Part shown: piece by piece, positions 26,506-36,550 of the stretch
Position numbering within the stretch: position 1 is the stretch's first letter
Layout of the letters: every line of letters starts with the position of its first letter
Assembly: GCA_964201005.1 (NCBI GenBank)
Contig: CAXNCS010000004.1
Span: 51,620-115,619 of the forward strand
DNA from: Myxococcota bacterium
GTDB taxonomy: Bacteria > Myxococcota_A > UBA9042
Direction: 5' to 3'
Length of the DNA stretch: 64,000 nucleotides
Position numbers and translations under genes: made by a program
Notes under the pieces: generated by a model
What the model saw: the letters and a program-made list of their open reading frames with translations, nothing else
The model's database searches: none
Told to the model about the DNA's origin: nothing

Positions 26506-27848
26506 GTTTGAATTCAGTCGCGGTGATTGGCGGCGGTCTGGCGGGCTGCGAGTGCGCCTGGCAGCTGGCCGAACGCGGCATCTCCGTGCGCTTGTATGAG
26601 ATGAAACCGCACCGGCGCACCGCGGCCCAGACCAGTGACGGGCTGGCCGAGCTGGTGTGCTCCAATTCGCTGCGCAGCGACAATCCCAATAACGCCATTG
26701 GCTTGCTCCACGAAGAGATGCGCAAGCTGGGTTCGCTCATCCTGCGCTTGGCGGACCAACACCGCGTGCCGGCGGGGGATGCGCTGGCCGTGGACCGCGA
26801 GCTGTTCTCTGCGGCGGTGGAGTCGCACATGCGCAACCACCCGCGAATCGAGGTGATTTCCCAAGAATTGACGAGTCTGCAAGGGCTGGGCGCCGGGCCG
26901 ATCGTCGTGGCGACCGGGCCCTTGACCAGTGACGGACTCGCGGCCGAGCTCGTGCAGCTCACGGGTCAAGAGCGCATGGCGTTTTTTGACGCGATTGCCC
27001 CGATTATCGCCACGGAATCGATTGACCGCAGCATCGTTTTTGCGGCATCGCGCTGGGGCAAGGGCGAGGGCCAGGACTACCTGAACTGCCCGATGGACAA
27101 GCCGCAGTACCTGGCGTTTGTGGAAGCGCTCTGCAGCGCGGAGTACCTGCCGCTTCAGGATTTTGAGAAGGGTGTCAAGTACTTCTCCGGGTGTCAGCCG
27201 GTTGAGGTCATCGCCGCCAGCGGGCCGCAGTCGCTGCGTTTTGGGGCGATGAAGCCGACGGGCCTGGATGACCCGCGCACCGGGCGCTGGCCCTACGCCG
27301 TGGTGCAACTTCGCGCGGAAAATCGCTTTGGCACGGCGTACAACCTGGTGGGCTTTCAGACCAAGATGAAGCAGGGCGAGCAGCGCCGGGTATTCGCGAT
27401 GATTCCGGGCCTAGAGAACGCCGAGTTCTTGCGCTACGGATCGGTGCACCGCAACACCTTCTTGGACAGTCCGCGGCTGCTGGATGCGGCGATGGCACTG
27501 ACCTCGGCGCCTCAGGTGCGCTTTGCCGGACAGATTACCGGGGTAGAAGGCTATGTGGAGTCGAGCGCTTCTGGCCTGTGGGTAGGGATGAGGCTGGCCG
27601 CCGACCTGGCGGGTCAAGCCCTGGCGCCGCCGCCCGTGACGACCGCACTGGGGGCGATGCTGCACCACGTGGTGGACGCTTCCGTGCCGGAATTCCAGCC
27701 CAGCAATGTGCATTTTGGCCTCATGCCCGAGTTGGAGAAGGTCGAGGGGCAAAAGAAGCTGGGCAAGGGCGAGCGCAAGGCGGCCCACGCGGAACGGGCT
27801 CGCCTCGACCTGGAGCGCTGGTGCGCCGAGCATTTGGGGCAGTTCTGA
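26502..27848 (+). CDS. trmFO: Methylenetetrahydrofolate--tRNA-(uracil54-C5)-methyltransferase TrmFO
   Basis: GidA-like FAD-binding N-terminus VAVIGGGLAGCECAWQLA. Length and conserved blocks match TrmFO. The ATG at 26502 overlaps the upstream gene's stop. Confidence 0.85.
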   Translation: MSLNSVAVIGGGLAGCECAWQLAERGISVRLYEMKPHRRTAAQTSDGLAELVCSNSLRSDNPNNAIGLLHEEMRKLGSLILRLADQHRVPAGDALAVDRELFSAAVESHMRNHPRIEVISQELTSLQGLGAGPIVVATGPLTSDGLAAELVQLTGQERMAFFDAIAPIIATESIDRSIVFAASRWGKGEGQDYLNCPMDKPQYLAFVEALCSAEYLPLQDFEKGVKYFSGCQPVEVIAASGPQSLRFGAMKPTGLDDPRTGRWPYAVVQLRAENRFGTAYNLVGFQTKMKQGEQRRVFAMIPGLENAEFLRYGSVHRNTFLDSPRLLDAAMALTSAPQVRFAGQITGVEGYVESSASGLWVGMRLAADLAGQALAPPPVTTALGAMLHHVVDASVPEFQPSNVHFGLMPELEKVEGQKKLGKGERKAAHAERARLDLERWCAEHLGQF

Positions 27849-27879
27849 GCTCAATCGGCGATCGGGTGGCGATTTGGCC

Positions 27880-27900
27880 TGTGGATAACTCTGTGGACAA
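27880..27900. promoter_or_regulatory. Two adjacent DnaA-box-like 9-mers, TGTGGATAA (a perfect reverse complement of TTATCCACA) and TGTGGACAA, separated by 3 nt
   Basis: Read directly at 27880-27888 and 27892-27900. They sit in a 260-nt intergenic region rich in GATCG/GCGATCGC motifs, between trmFO and the next gene. Confidence 0.5.
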
Positions 27901-28107
27901 CCCGGCTTCTAGTGTGATTGCGATCGCTTGGTGATCGAGCTAGATCGTTGATCGCAAACAAAAATCGCAGACACCCGCAATCCCCGTCAGTTGCGCGATG
28001 GGTGTTGACCGCGATCGCTGCGGCCCGTATCTCGCCGTCGCCTTTTCGCTCGACTGCGCCGCACTTTGTTGCTGGGGCGCTGGCGTCGGCACGGGGCGGC
28101 GGAGCTC

Positions 28108-29055
28108 ATGGGTCGCAACGTGTTGCACAGTTCGGGCAAAGGGCCGGTGATAAGCGGTGGTCGCCGCAGTCGCCGGCTGTGGTCCAACTGGTCCACTGGG
28201 GCGCTGGTTCTGGCCGGTCTTGGGGCGTTGGGCGTTCACCTGGGCTGGAACGTGATCGGCCACGACCTGGGGGCGGCGACCCATATCGGCAAGGGCCACC
28301 AGGACGACGCGCCAGGCGGAGCGCTGCCTCCCACCGCGGTGGCCCAGGCGGCGAGCGCGCGGAGTCTGGGGCAAGCGGCGCTCCTTGCGGCGCCCCAGGG
28401 GATTTTGCCGTCGCCTCTAGCTGTGGTCGGGCCAAGCCCCGCTCTGGGCACGGCCAACGCTCGCAGCCGCGCAGAGAGCCGCACAGACGCCGTAGCGCGA
28501 TCCTTGCTGGCGGCGGCCCGCGACCACTTGGCGCGCAAAGTCACGCCGACCAGCTATCCCGTCGATGACCTAAGGGCCAATAGCGGCAGCCATGTCGACC
28601 TGCTCGAGCGCGGCCTGGCGGACCACTTGCCGATCAAGACCGCCCTTGTCCGCCATCGGGCGCGGCAACCGGCGGCGTATGGTCTGGCTGGCAAGCCGCC
28701 GTCGAGCGCCGATGAGCGCCGCCGCGCCCTGACCTGCGACAGCGTGGTGGTGTTCCTGCAGACCTTTGCCGAGCCGGTGGACGACGGACCGGCCGAGCTG
28801 GAAGCGGGCGATATTTTGGTGCTGCAACGGCTCCGCGGCGCGCGACGGCTGACGGCGGTGGTCACCGATGTGGCTGACGAACACGGCAATCCCCAGGCTG
28901 TGGTGATGGATCCGGCGGAACACGCGCCCAAGGAAGTGGCGGTCGGCCGCGGCTATAAGGTGCTGCACCGCTTTCGCCTGCACAGCAGCCACACTGACCG
29001 CGCGCGGATGATCCTGGATCTGGATGCCGGCAGGCCGGTGGGCACGGCACTCTGA
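28108..29055 (+). CDS. Hypothetical protein (possible N-terminal TM segment)
   Basis: Long ORF with consistent GC3 bias. Start taken at MGRNVLH. A hydrophobic segment WSTGALVLAGLGALGVHLGW is present. I recognised no catalytic motif. Confidence 0.45.
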   Translation: MGRNVLHSSGKGPVISGGRRSRRLWSNWSTGALVLAGLGALGVHLGWNVIGHDLGAATHIGKGHQDDAPGGALPPTAVAQAASARSLGQAALLAAPQGILPSPLAVVGPSPALGTANARSRAESRTDAVARSLLAAARDHLARKVTPTSYPVDDLRANSGSHVDLLERGLADHLPIKTALVRHRARQPAAYGLAGKPPSSADERRRALTCDSVVVFLQTFAEPVDDGPAELEAGDILVLQRLRGARRLTAVVTDVADEHGNPQAVVMDPAEHAPKEVAVGRGYKVLHRFRLHSSHTDRARMILDLDAGRPVGTAL

Positions 29056-29107
29056 CGCCAAGACGGCAGGCGTTGACGCTCCGCCGCGTTCCAGGCAAGG
29101 TGCCGCC

Positions 29108-30448
29108 ATGACGCTTCCCCTGCCATTTGCCGCCGCCGCTCCGCTGACCGTCACCGCACTCAACGAGCAATTGCGAGACAAGATCAGCGAATTGCCCAGC
29201 GTACGCGTGCAGGGCGAGGTCAGCCGGGTCAGTCAGCAGGGCGGTCACATCTACTTTGACCTCAAGGACGGCGGCAGCAAGGTCAGCGTCAAGGTCTGGC
29301 GCACCGCCGCCGCGCGCTTGCGCACCCAGCCCCGCGAAGGCATGCAGGTGGTGTGCAGCGGCCGCGTCGAGGTCTACGTGCCCTGGGGCGGCTACTCGCT
29401 CATCTGCAGCGACGTGGAGCCGGCTGGCCAGGGCGCGCTGTTCGCCGCGCTGCAGCAGCTCAAGGAACGCTTGGCGCGCGAAGGGCTTTTTGACCCCGAG
29501 CGCAAGCAGCCGCTGCCGTTCTTGCCGCGCACCGTCGCCCTGGTGACATCGCCAACTGGCGCAGCCGTGCGCGACATGTTGCGGATCATCTCGGATCGCT
29601 TTCCCGTTCGGATTCTGGTGGTTCCGGCCAAGGTGCAGGGCGATGGCGCAGCGGAGTCCATCGCCCGGGCGATTGAGACGATCGACGCCTTGGGCTGGGC
29701 GGACGTGATTATCGCCGGACGGGGTGGCGGAAGTGTAGAGGATCTCTGGGCCTTTAACGAAGAGCGCGCCGTTCGCGCCGTGGCCGCCTGCCGCACGCCG
29801 ATTGTCAGCGCTGTGGGGCATGAGATCGACACCGTGCTCACCGACCTCGCCGCGGACTGGCGCGCACCGACGCCGACGGCCGCCGCGGAAAAGGTGGTGC
29901 CGCGGCTGGTCGACCTGCAATTCGCCTTGGATCAACTGCAACAGCGCGCCCTTGGGGTGGTGACGCGGCAGCTCTCCGGCGAGCGCCGCCACCTGGCGCA
30001 ATTGCGCGTTCGCTTGGGAGACGGCGGCGCCATCACCGGCCAGGCCCAAATGCGGCTGGCCGACGCCCAGGCCCGCGCTGCCAGGGCGCTCGACAAGCAT
30101 CTGCAGGGCCAACGCCGTCTGTTGGAAGGGCTTTTGCGGCGTCTGCACGCCGCCCATCCGCTGCGCCGCCTCGCTGAACAGCGCCGCCGGCTGCAGTTGG
30201 TGCAGCTGCGCATGCGCCAAGCCATGGTGCAGATGCAGGGCCACTGCCGCCAGCGGTTGGTAAATCGAAGCAGTGTGTTGCAGGCGCTGAGCCCGACGGC
30301 GGCGCTGGGCCGGGGCTACGCAATCGTCCGCCAAAGCGACGGTCGGCCGCTGGGTCGCGCCGCAGAAACTGCTTGTGGGGAGCCGATCTCCGTGCTGCTT
30401 GCCGATGGCCAGCTCGCGTGCAGGGTTGAGCGGGTGGAGCTAAGCTAG
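29108..30448 (+). CDS. xseA: Exodeoxyribonuclease VII large subunit
   Basis: N-terminal OB-fold region (LTVTALNEQLRDKISELPSVRVQGEVSRVSQQGGHIYFDLKD) and a catalytic region (IIAGRGGGSVEDLWAFNEE). No xseB follows. Confidence 0.85.
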   Translation: MTLPLPFAAAAPLTVTALNEQLRDKISELPSVRVQGEVSRVSQQGGHIYFDLKDGGSKVSVKVWRTAAARLRTQPREGMQVVCSGRVEVYVPWGGYSLICSDVEPAGQGALFAALQQLKERLAREGLFDPERKQPLPFLPRTVALVTSPTGAAVRDMLRIISDRFPVRILVVPAKVQGDGAAESIARAIETIDALGWADVIIAGRGGGSVEDLWAFNEERAVRAVAACRTPIVSAVGHEIDTVLTDLAADWRAPTPTAAAEKVVPRLVDLQFALDQLQQRALGVVTRQLSGERRHLAQLRVRLGDGGAITGQAQMRLADAQARAARALDKHLQGQRRLLEGLLRRLHAAHPLRRLAEQRRRLQLVQLRMRQAMVQMQGHCRQRLVNRSSVLQALSPTAALGRGYAIVRQSDGRPLGRAAETACGEPISVLLADGQLACRVERVELS

Positions 30449-30472
30449 CTCCAGCGTGTGGCCAAGGGGCGT

Positions 30473-33142
30473 TCAGTCCAGCGTCGACACCACGGTACCA
30501 CTGGCGATATCGACCACCACCAGGGCGCCGCGACCGGCATCTGCCGCCAATACTCGCTTGAGGTTGACGCCGCCGAGCAGGGCGGTCGGGGCCGCACCAA
30601 TGGCGCTGATGCGAGGGGTGTAGCCGGGGGCGATGCTCCACGTCCACGCCGCTTCGCGCAGGCTGGGCAGCACCTGCACGGCTGGGGTGCCGCCGACCGC
30701 TCGGTTGGCACAGCCGGGGCGCATCTGCAGCGCAGAAAATACAGGTGTCGTCAGGGGATTGGCCACAAAGGCCCCGTCCAGTCCGTTGGCGGTGTACGGG
30801 CACGAAACCGGGCGCTGGATCTGGCCGTTCACCTGCCGCAGCGCCGGCTCGCTCATCCGCGCGGCCTGGAGCAGGTCGCTGGAGAGAGGCGCGCAGACCC
30901 CGTCGCGGCTGGGGCGGCGGCTCAGCAGGCCGGTGCGGCTACCCGTCAGCAGCCACTGCGGCGAGCGCAGTTCGTAGCGCACGGCGCCATCGGCAAAACA
31001 CTGAGGCGGCGGAAGGGGTAGCGCCACCGCGGGGCTCGGATTCTCGGCCAGGTCATAGGCCGCTTGGTTGGCTTTGGTGACCACGAGGTCTTCGGTCGCA
31101 GCCGCTGCATCGACGATCAGGGTGTCGCCAAACACCTCTAGCACAGGGGCGCGCACGGTCTTGGCCGAGCCTCCTGGGCAAGCTGGGGTTGCCGGCAGGA
31201 TCACAAAATCGCCCGGGACCACGCCGACTTGACAGAAATCTGCCCCTGGATCGTGCAGAACGCCGGCGCCGATCCACCGGCCCGTCGAGCGCTCGCCGCC
31301 GGGCAGCAGGCCTTGGTAGGTCAGGCGCCACTGCTCGGCGCGGTGCTCAAAAGCGTCTTTGGTCAGCTCAATGCCGTACGCGCGCGTGCCGTTGGCGGTG
31401 GTTTCGACCCGCAGCGGCCCCAAGGAGGCGTAGCGGACAGGGATCGTCGAGCCCAAATCGACCGCGCTGCCCGCAACCCACAGCACCGGCCGGCTGATGC
31501 TGGCGGCGGTAGCGCTGGTGGCTAGCAAGCGGATCGACGGCGTGGCGGCGTCGGGGCCGTCGAGCTGGGCAATCACTAGGCCGCCGGGCGAAGTGGCGAT
31601 GGCTATCGCTGGCTTGCCGGCATACGTGACGCCGGCCAATGCCGTGGGGCGGCCGCCAAAAGCCAGGCCCAGCACATTGTCGCGGGCGTCCAAGCGCGAG
31701 CTGCGCTGGTAAGGCGTGGAACCGCCGAGCGCGGGGCGCAGCAGCTGGCGCTTGGCCACATCGATAAACAGCACCTCGCGGCGGCCTTGATGGGCCACAG
31801 CGAGCCATTTTTCGTCGCTGGTGGCGGCCATGCGCACGGCTGGAGCGCTGTCCGGGCCGGCTTCGGCGCTGTCGCTCCGGCGGCCGCAGTCGGGGTCCTG
31901 CAGGTCGGTGGTGCCGTCGCCGTCGTCATCCACGCCGTTGTCGCAGGCCGGCTGGGGCGCTGCGGGAGCGCTGGCGACACTCGCGTCGGCGATCCACTCG
32001 CGGCTCAGGCCGCCGGCGCACTGGGCGTCCGCGCTGTCCGTTTGGCCATCGCCGTCGTCGTCTACGCCATTGGCACAGCCCGGGGCGTCGCTGGCCTCGC
32101 TGGCGTCGGCGAAATCGGCACAACCTGGGTCCGCGGGGAAGTCGGTCTGGCCGTCGCCGTCGTTGTCCAGGCCGTCGCGGCAGCCGTTGGCGACCGCAAA
32201 GCCCTTGACCAGGGGCAGGGCGGTGCAACCGCTGTCTTGGGCGTCGGTGGCGCCGTCGCCGTCGTCGTCTACGCCATTGCTGCAGTCTTTGGCGAGTTCG
32301 GCGTCGCGCTCGTCGTCGTCGAGCGGTCCGTCGCAACCTGGGTCCAGGCGATCGATGAGGCCGTCGCCGTCGCCGTCCAGGCCGTCGCGGCACCCTAGTT
32401 CAATGGCCACGGCATTGCCCGCGGGCTGACCGCTGTTGGCGTCCAGAGGCAGCACATGGCCCTCGTGGAGGTGACCAACCCACAGCTCGCCGCGGCCCGG
32501 CACCGCCAACAGCGCGCTTGGGCTGCCGCCGATGGTCCAGGTGGTCCAGGTGGGCGTGGCGCTAAAACCGTCCGCTGGCGTCAGGTGGATGGCGCCGCCG
32601 GCCGGATCAGCCACGGCCAGCCAGCTCGCGCCGTTGCGCCGGACGATCGCCACATCCGCAGGCACATAGCCCAACTCCGCTTGGACGCTCAGGGCCATGC
32701 GGTCAGACGGCAGCTTGGCGAGATCGATGCGCACTATCCGCCGGTGGGCGCCGTCGATCGTCGCCACCAGGGCCTGCTGGCCGGTGACGTCCACCGCCAG
32801 GGCTACCGGCAAACCGGCGATGCTCAAAGGCGACATGCCGGGGACGGCTTTGTCTTGGTCGGCCCACGTGGGCACGAACGGCAGGGCGAGGCCCAAGGTG
32901 CCGCGCGAACCGCCGCCGACCAGGGCCCGAACCTTGGCGTCCGTGGGGCACTCCGCACCGCTGGTCAGCTTGCCGTTATCCAGGCAAATCAACGCCGCGG
33001 CGCGGGCGCCGACCATGCCGTCGAGCACGGGCGCGGTGCTGGTGGTGCAGCCGGAGCCAGCCACGGCCAGGGCCGCCACAAGACCGGGCCAAGACTGCAC
33101 AATTCGGCGGCGAAGCGCTGAGGTGTTGGGGCGGCGCATCAC
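30473..33142 (-). CDS. Large secreted beta-propeller-like protein containing five MopE-type (DDDGDG) putative metal-binding repeats
   Basis: Signal/lipobox (LVAALAVAGSGCTTS). Between residues 251 and 419 there are repeats of CxxGxDxDGDGxxDxxDPxC type (CRDGLDGDGDGLIDRLDPGC, CSNGVDDDGDGATDAQDSGC, CRDGLDNDGDGQTDFPADPGC, CANGVDDDGDGQTDSADAQC, CDNGVDDDGDGTTDLQDPDC). The flanking regions are beta-rich and repeat-like. The start overlaps the upstream gene's stop (ATGA). Confidence 0.65.
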   Translation of the reverse strand: MMRRPNTSALRRRIVQSWPGLVAALAVAGSGCTTSTAPVLDGMVGARAAALICLDNGKLTSGAECPTDAKVRALVGGGSRGTLGLALPFVPTWADQDKAVPGMSPLSIAGLPVALAVDVTGQQALVATIDGAHRRIVRIDLAKLPSDRMALSVQAELGYVPADVAIVRRNGASWLAVADPAGGAIHLTPADGFSATPTWTTWTIGGSPSALLAVPGRGELWVGHLHEGHVLPLDANSGQPAGNAVAIELGCRDGLDGDGDGLIDRLDPGCDGPLDDDERDAELAKDCSNGVDDDGDGATDAQDSGCTALPLVKGFAVANGCRDGLDNDGDGQTDFPADPGCADFADASEASDAPGCANGVDDDGDGQTDSADAQCAGGLSREWIADASVASAPAAPQPACDNGVDDDGDGTTDLQDPDCGRRSDSAEAGPDSAPAVRMAATSDEKWLAVAHQGRREVLFIDVAKRQLLRPALGGSTPYQRSSRLDARDNVLGLAFGGRPTALAGVTYAGKPAIAIATSPGGLVIAQLDGPDAATPSIRLLATSATAASISRPVLWVAGSAVDLGSTIPVRYASLGPLRVETTANGTRAYGIELTKDAFEHRAEQWRLTYQGLLPGGERSTGRWIGAGVLHDPGADFCQVGVVPGDFVILPATPACPGGSAKTVRAPVLEVFGDTLIVDAAAATEDLVVTKANQAAYDLAENPSPAVALPLPPPQCFADGAVRYELRSPQWLLTGSRTGLLSRRPSRDGVCAPLSSDLLQAARMSEPALRQVNGQIQRPVSCPYTANGLDGAFVANPLTTPVFSALQMRPGCANRAVGGTPAVQVLPSLREAAWTWSIAPGYTPRISAIGAAPTALLGGVNLKRVLAADAGRGALVVVDIASGTVVSTLD
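31885..32392 (-). repeat. Tandem in-frame coding repeats encoding five MopE-like Cys/Asp-rich metal-binding modules
   Basis: The protein-level periodicity is described above. This nucleotide interval also produces long spurious ORFs in five other frames of the ORF track, as a GC-rich repetitive sequence would. Confidence 0.6.
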
Positions 33143-34413
33143 TCAGACTCCAGCAGCGCGGACAGTTGATGGCGCTTGGCGTGCCCCGGGCTGAGCGGCA
33201 CCACGGCCACGGCGTGACGGGCAAATAGCCCGGCGTACAGCGTCCACGTTGCCGGGGTTTGGCCATCCAATCCAGGTACTTTGACCGCCGCGAGGCCGTA
33301 GGGCGCGTGGGGCAAGCGGATCACGTCGACCACGCTGCGCAACCACGGATCGACGACCCACACAGAGTCGTCGCCAAAGCAGCTCACATAGACCAGTTCC
33401 TTGCCTTTTTCTCCGCTTGCGGCCACGGCGACTTCAGACGGCTTGCCGATGAGCGGGATCACCCCAGTGACTGCGTTGCGCGGCACGCCGGCGCTGTCCG
33501 GGGCCACGTCGATGATGACGAGGGAGGCTGGGCTGCGGTCGGCCAGGTAAAGGCGCGCCCCGTCTGCAGAAAGTGCCATGCCGCGGCCGTAATCCTGCAG
33601 GGAGGAGGACGGCAGACTCACCGACGCTTCCGGAACCACCTTCCAGCCGCTGGCTGTGCCGACTTCCGGATCCAGGCGAAAAACGTGCAACTGCGGAGCG
33701 CGGTTATCGCTGATGTAGGTGCGGCCCGTGCGCGGTACGGTGCGGATGTGGCTCAGACCCGTGCCAAACCCGGTGGAGCCAACGCTCGTCAGCTTGCCGT
33801 CTGCGCTCAGCTTGATCACGCTGACCTTGCCATCGCCCGCGGCGGCGACATGCACGCGCCAACCCTGCTGATCCCAAGGCAGAACTTCAATGCCCATCGG
33901 ATCGTTGCCCACGGTGACGCTGCCGATCGCCGAGCCGTAGTGGTGCGAGTCGGCGCAGCGGCCGTCCGCGTCGATGCCACCGCAGCTCAGCTTGGCGGGC
34001 GAAGCCGGGTCGATGTCCATGACTGCCAAGCCGTCGTGCTCGCGCGAAGTCACCAGCAGCCGCAGGGCCTGAGCAGCGGAAGACAATTGCAGTGCCGCTC
34101 CGCCAGCAAATCCTTCTGTTTCAACGACTTTTCCGACCCAGGCTTGGCTGCCTGTGTCGATGGTGCCCACGGATCCCGCGCGGAACTTTCGGTCAAAGTT
34201 GGCGCCCACCACGTAGACGCGCTGGCCGTCTGGGCTGGCGGTCAAGGCGATGGGGTAGCGCACGCCGCGGCCGCTGTCGGCGGGCAGGCCTTCCTGCTGG
34301 CCACACGCCGCCAAGCCCGTGCTTAACAAGCAGAACGTGGCGAACCGCAGCAACGCGCTGTAGCCCGCTGGGCCGGGGCCCGCATTTCTCCAGAGCCTAC
34401 GCGCTGTGGTCAC
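33139..34413 (-). CDS. Beta-propeller (YVTN/YncE-like repeat) lipoprotein
   Basis: Repeated ~40-aa beta-strand-rich units (GQRVYVVGANFD..., GARLYLADRSPASLVIIDV..., ELVYVSCFGDDSVWVVD...). Lipobox LLSTGLAACGQ. The start is probably the GTG at about 34411-34413 or a downstream TTG, because the ORF-track N-terminus overlaps glyS. The stop overlaps the downstream gene's start. Confidence 0.6.
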   Translation of the reverse strand: MTTARRLWRNAGPGPAGYSALLRFATFCLLSTGLAACGQQEGLPADSGRGVRYPIALTASPDGQRVYVVGANFDRKFRAGSVGTIDTGSQAWVGKVVETEGFAGGAALQLSSAAQALRLLVTSREHDGLAVMDIDPASPAKLSCGGIDADGRCADSHHYGSAIGSVTVGNDPMGIEVLPWDQQGWRVHVAAAGDGKVSVIKLSADGKLTSVGSTGFGTGLSHIRTVPRTGRTYISDNRAPQLHVFRLDPEVGTASGWKVVPEASVSLPSSSLQDYGRGMALSADGARLYLADRSPASLVIIDVAPDSAGVPRNAVTGVIPLIGKPSEVAVAASGEKGKELVYVSCFGDDSVWVVDPWLRSVVDVIRLPHAPYGLAAVKVPGLDGQTPATWTLYAGLFARHAVAVVPLSPGHAKRHQLSALLESE

Positions 34414-34423
34414 GCTGGTACCT

Positions 34424-36550
34424 CTATCCCTGGAGCCGGGAGAAATCAGCCACTTGGGCGAACAGGCCGGCGCATTCGCGCAACAGGGCCAAGCGATTGC
34501 GCCGCACCGCCTCATCATCGGCAATCACTAGCACGCCGTCAAAGAACGCGTCGACCTGCGGTTTGACCTGGCTCAAGAGCATGAGCGCAGAGGCATAGTC
34601 GCCGGTTTCCAGAGCTTTCTGACTCGACACGCCCAGCTGACGGACTTGGCTGTGCAGCGCCCTTTCGACGTCCTTCTCGCACAGGGCCGGATCAAACGGC
34701 GCGCCCATGTCGCCTTCATCGGCGCTTTTCTTGACCAAATTGGCTACGCGCTTGAACGCCGCGGCCAGCGGGGCAAAGTCCGCGCCCAAGCGCATCGCCT
34801 GCAGGGCCTTGGCCCGCGCGACCACAGACGGCACCCCGGCAAACTCCGCTGCGATCACCGCGTCGGCCACGTCGCCGTCGACCCCAGCGGTACCGCCTTC
34901 TTCAGCCGTCAGCAGCACTTTTTGGCGGGTCTTGAGAAATTCCAGAGCGTCCGCAATGACTTCTGCCGGCGCGACCTTGCCGCCCTGGCCCGCAGTTTGC
35001 GCCGGCAGCCCCTCGACCGCCCAGCGCACCAGCAGGGCCACGTCCAGGGGCCAATTCCACTGCTGCAGGGTCCGGAGCACGCCGATCGCCGCGCGGCGCA
35101 GCGCATAGGGATCCTGCGAGCCGCTGGGCTTGAGGCCCATGGCAAAACACGCCACCAGCGAGTCCAAGCGATCGGCCAGGCTCAGGCACACGCCGGCGGG
35201 GCTGCTCGGCGGGGCGTCGTCGGCAAAGCGCGGCTGGTAGTGCTCGCGGATCGCCAGGGCGACCCCAGCGCTCTCGCCGTCCTCGCGCGCGTAGTAACCG
35301 CCGATGATCCCTTGCACTTCCGGAAACTCAAACACCATCTTGGTGGCGAGGTCGGTCTTGCACAGCTCGGCCGCGCGCTCCACCGTCTGCGCCTCTTCTG
35401 GGCAGGCCATCGCCGCAATGTAACCGGCCAAGGCGCGAATTCGCCTGGTCTTATCGCCAATCGAGCCCATGCCGGCGAGCCAGATGCGCTCATCGAGCCC
35501 GGCGACGCGGTCCTGCAGCCGCAGCTTGACGTCTTCGCGGTAGAAGAAGCGCGCGTCAGACAGCCGCGCCGACACCACCCGGGCATTGCCTGCGGCGACG
35601 ATCCCGCGGCTCTCCTCGCTCAGCGTGTTGGCTACGGCAATGAAACGGTTAAGTAATTTGCCATCGCCGCCGTCCACGGTAAATAACTTCTGGTTCTCTC
35701 GCAGGGTGGTAAAGATTACCTCAGGCGGACTCTCGAGAAACGCAGGGTCAAAGGTGCCCAGCAACGGCGACGGCCATTCCACCAGCTGCACCACCACCTC
35801 AAGGGTCTTGTCATCCTGGCGCCAACTGCCGCCCGCTTCAGCGGACAACTGCTTGATCCCGCGGCGGATTACCTGCTCGCGCTCCGCCGGATCCAGCAGC
35901 ACTTTGGCCGCGCGCAGCCGCTGTTTGTGCTGATCCAGGTCTGACGATGCGTCGAGCAGACCGGGGTGATAAAACCGGTGCCCGCCGACTTGCCGCCCCG
36001 AACTCACGCCGGCGAAAGCAAAATCGACCGACAGGTCGCCCAGCAGCGCCACGAGCCAGTGGATGGGGCGCACAAAGGCCTCGCGCTCGGCACCCCAGCG
36101 CATGCGTTTGGGCAGGGGCATCTGGCGCAGCAGGCGAGGCAGGGCTTCCCCGAGCAATTCTGCGGTGTCGCGACCGGCAATGTGCTTGCGCGCCGCCAAA
36201 TACGGCCCCTTGGGGGTCTCGTGCACCTCAAGCTCGCCGACCGCCACGCCCTGGCCGCGGGCAAAACCTTCGGCGGCCTTGCTCCAGCTGCCGTCGGCCT
36301 GCTTGGCCACCGCCACGGCCGGACCCATGGCGATCTCTTGGCGATCTGCTTGGCGCAGGGCCACTTGGGCCACATGCACCACCATGCGTCGCGGCGTGCT
36401 CAGCACCGTTACCCCAGGCAGGTCGCCCGCATCGCGGCCTTCGCTCAGCAGAGTCTGGATCTGATCGCCCAGCCAGCGCGCCGCCCCGCCAATGACCCCC
36501 GCGGGCACTTCTTCGCAGCCAATCTCGATCAATAGCGGAGCGGTGCTCAT
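34424..36550 (-). CDS. glyS: Glycine--tRNA ligase beta subunit
   Basis: N-terminus [27 protein letters not shown] and overall length match GlyS. It overlaps glyQ by 4 nt. Confidence 0.9.
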   Translation of the reverse strand: MSTAPLLIEIGCEEVPAGVIGGAARWLGDQIQTLLSEGRDAGDLPGVTVLSTPRRMVVHVAQVALRQADRQEIAMGPAVAVAKQADGSWSKAAEGFARGQGVAVGELEVHETPKGPYLAARKHIAGRDTAELLGEALPRLLRQMPLPKRMRWGAEREAFVRPIHWLVALLGDLSVDFAFAGVSSGRQVGGHRFYHPGLLDASSDLDQHKQRLRAAKVLLDPAEREQVIRRGIKQLSAEAGGSWRQDDKTLEVVVQLVEWPSPLLGTFDPAFLESPPEVIFTTLRENQKLFTVDGGDGKLLNRFIAVANTLSEESRGIVAAGNARVVSARLSDARFFYREDVKLRLQDRVAGLDERIWLAGMGSIGDKTRRIRALAGYIAAMACPEEAQTVERAAELCKTDLATKMVFEFPEVQGIIGGYYAREDGESAGVALAIREHYQPRFADDAPPSSPAGVCLSLADRLDSLVACFAMGLKPSGSQDPYALRRAAIGVLRTLQQWNWPLDVALLVRWAVEGLPAQTAGQGGKVAPAEVIADALEFLKTRQKVLLTAEEGGTAGVDGDVADAVIAAEFAGVPSVVARAKALQAMRLGADFAPLAAAFKRVANLVKKSADEGDMGAPFDPALCEKDVERALHSQVRQLGVSSQKALETGDYASALMLLSQVKPQVDAFFDGVLVIADDEAVRRNRLALLRECAGLFAQVADFSRLQG

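Noticed and set aside
28862-30334. 490-aa minus-strand ORF opposite xseA
   Set aside because: xseA is unambiguous. The antisense ORF is a GC-skew artefact.
30449-30472. Expected xseB immediately after xseA
   Set aside because: No small (~80 aa) XseB-like ORF follows. The next gene is on the opposite strand. xseB is probably elsewhere in the genome, so nothing is annotated here.
31787-32429. Overlapping ORFs of about 200 aa in several frames over the MopE-repeat region
   Set aside because: Same explanation. These are repeat-induced open frames inside the 889-aa propeller gene.
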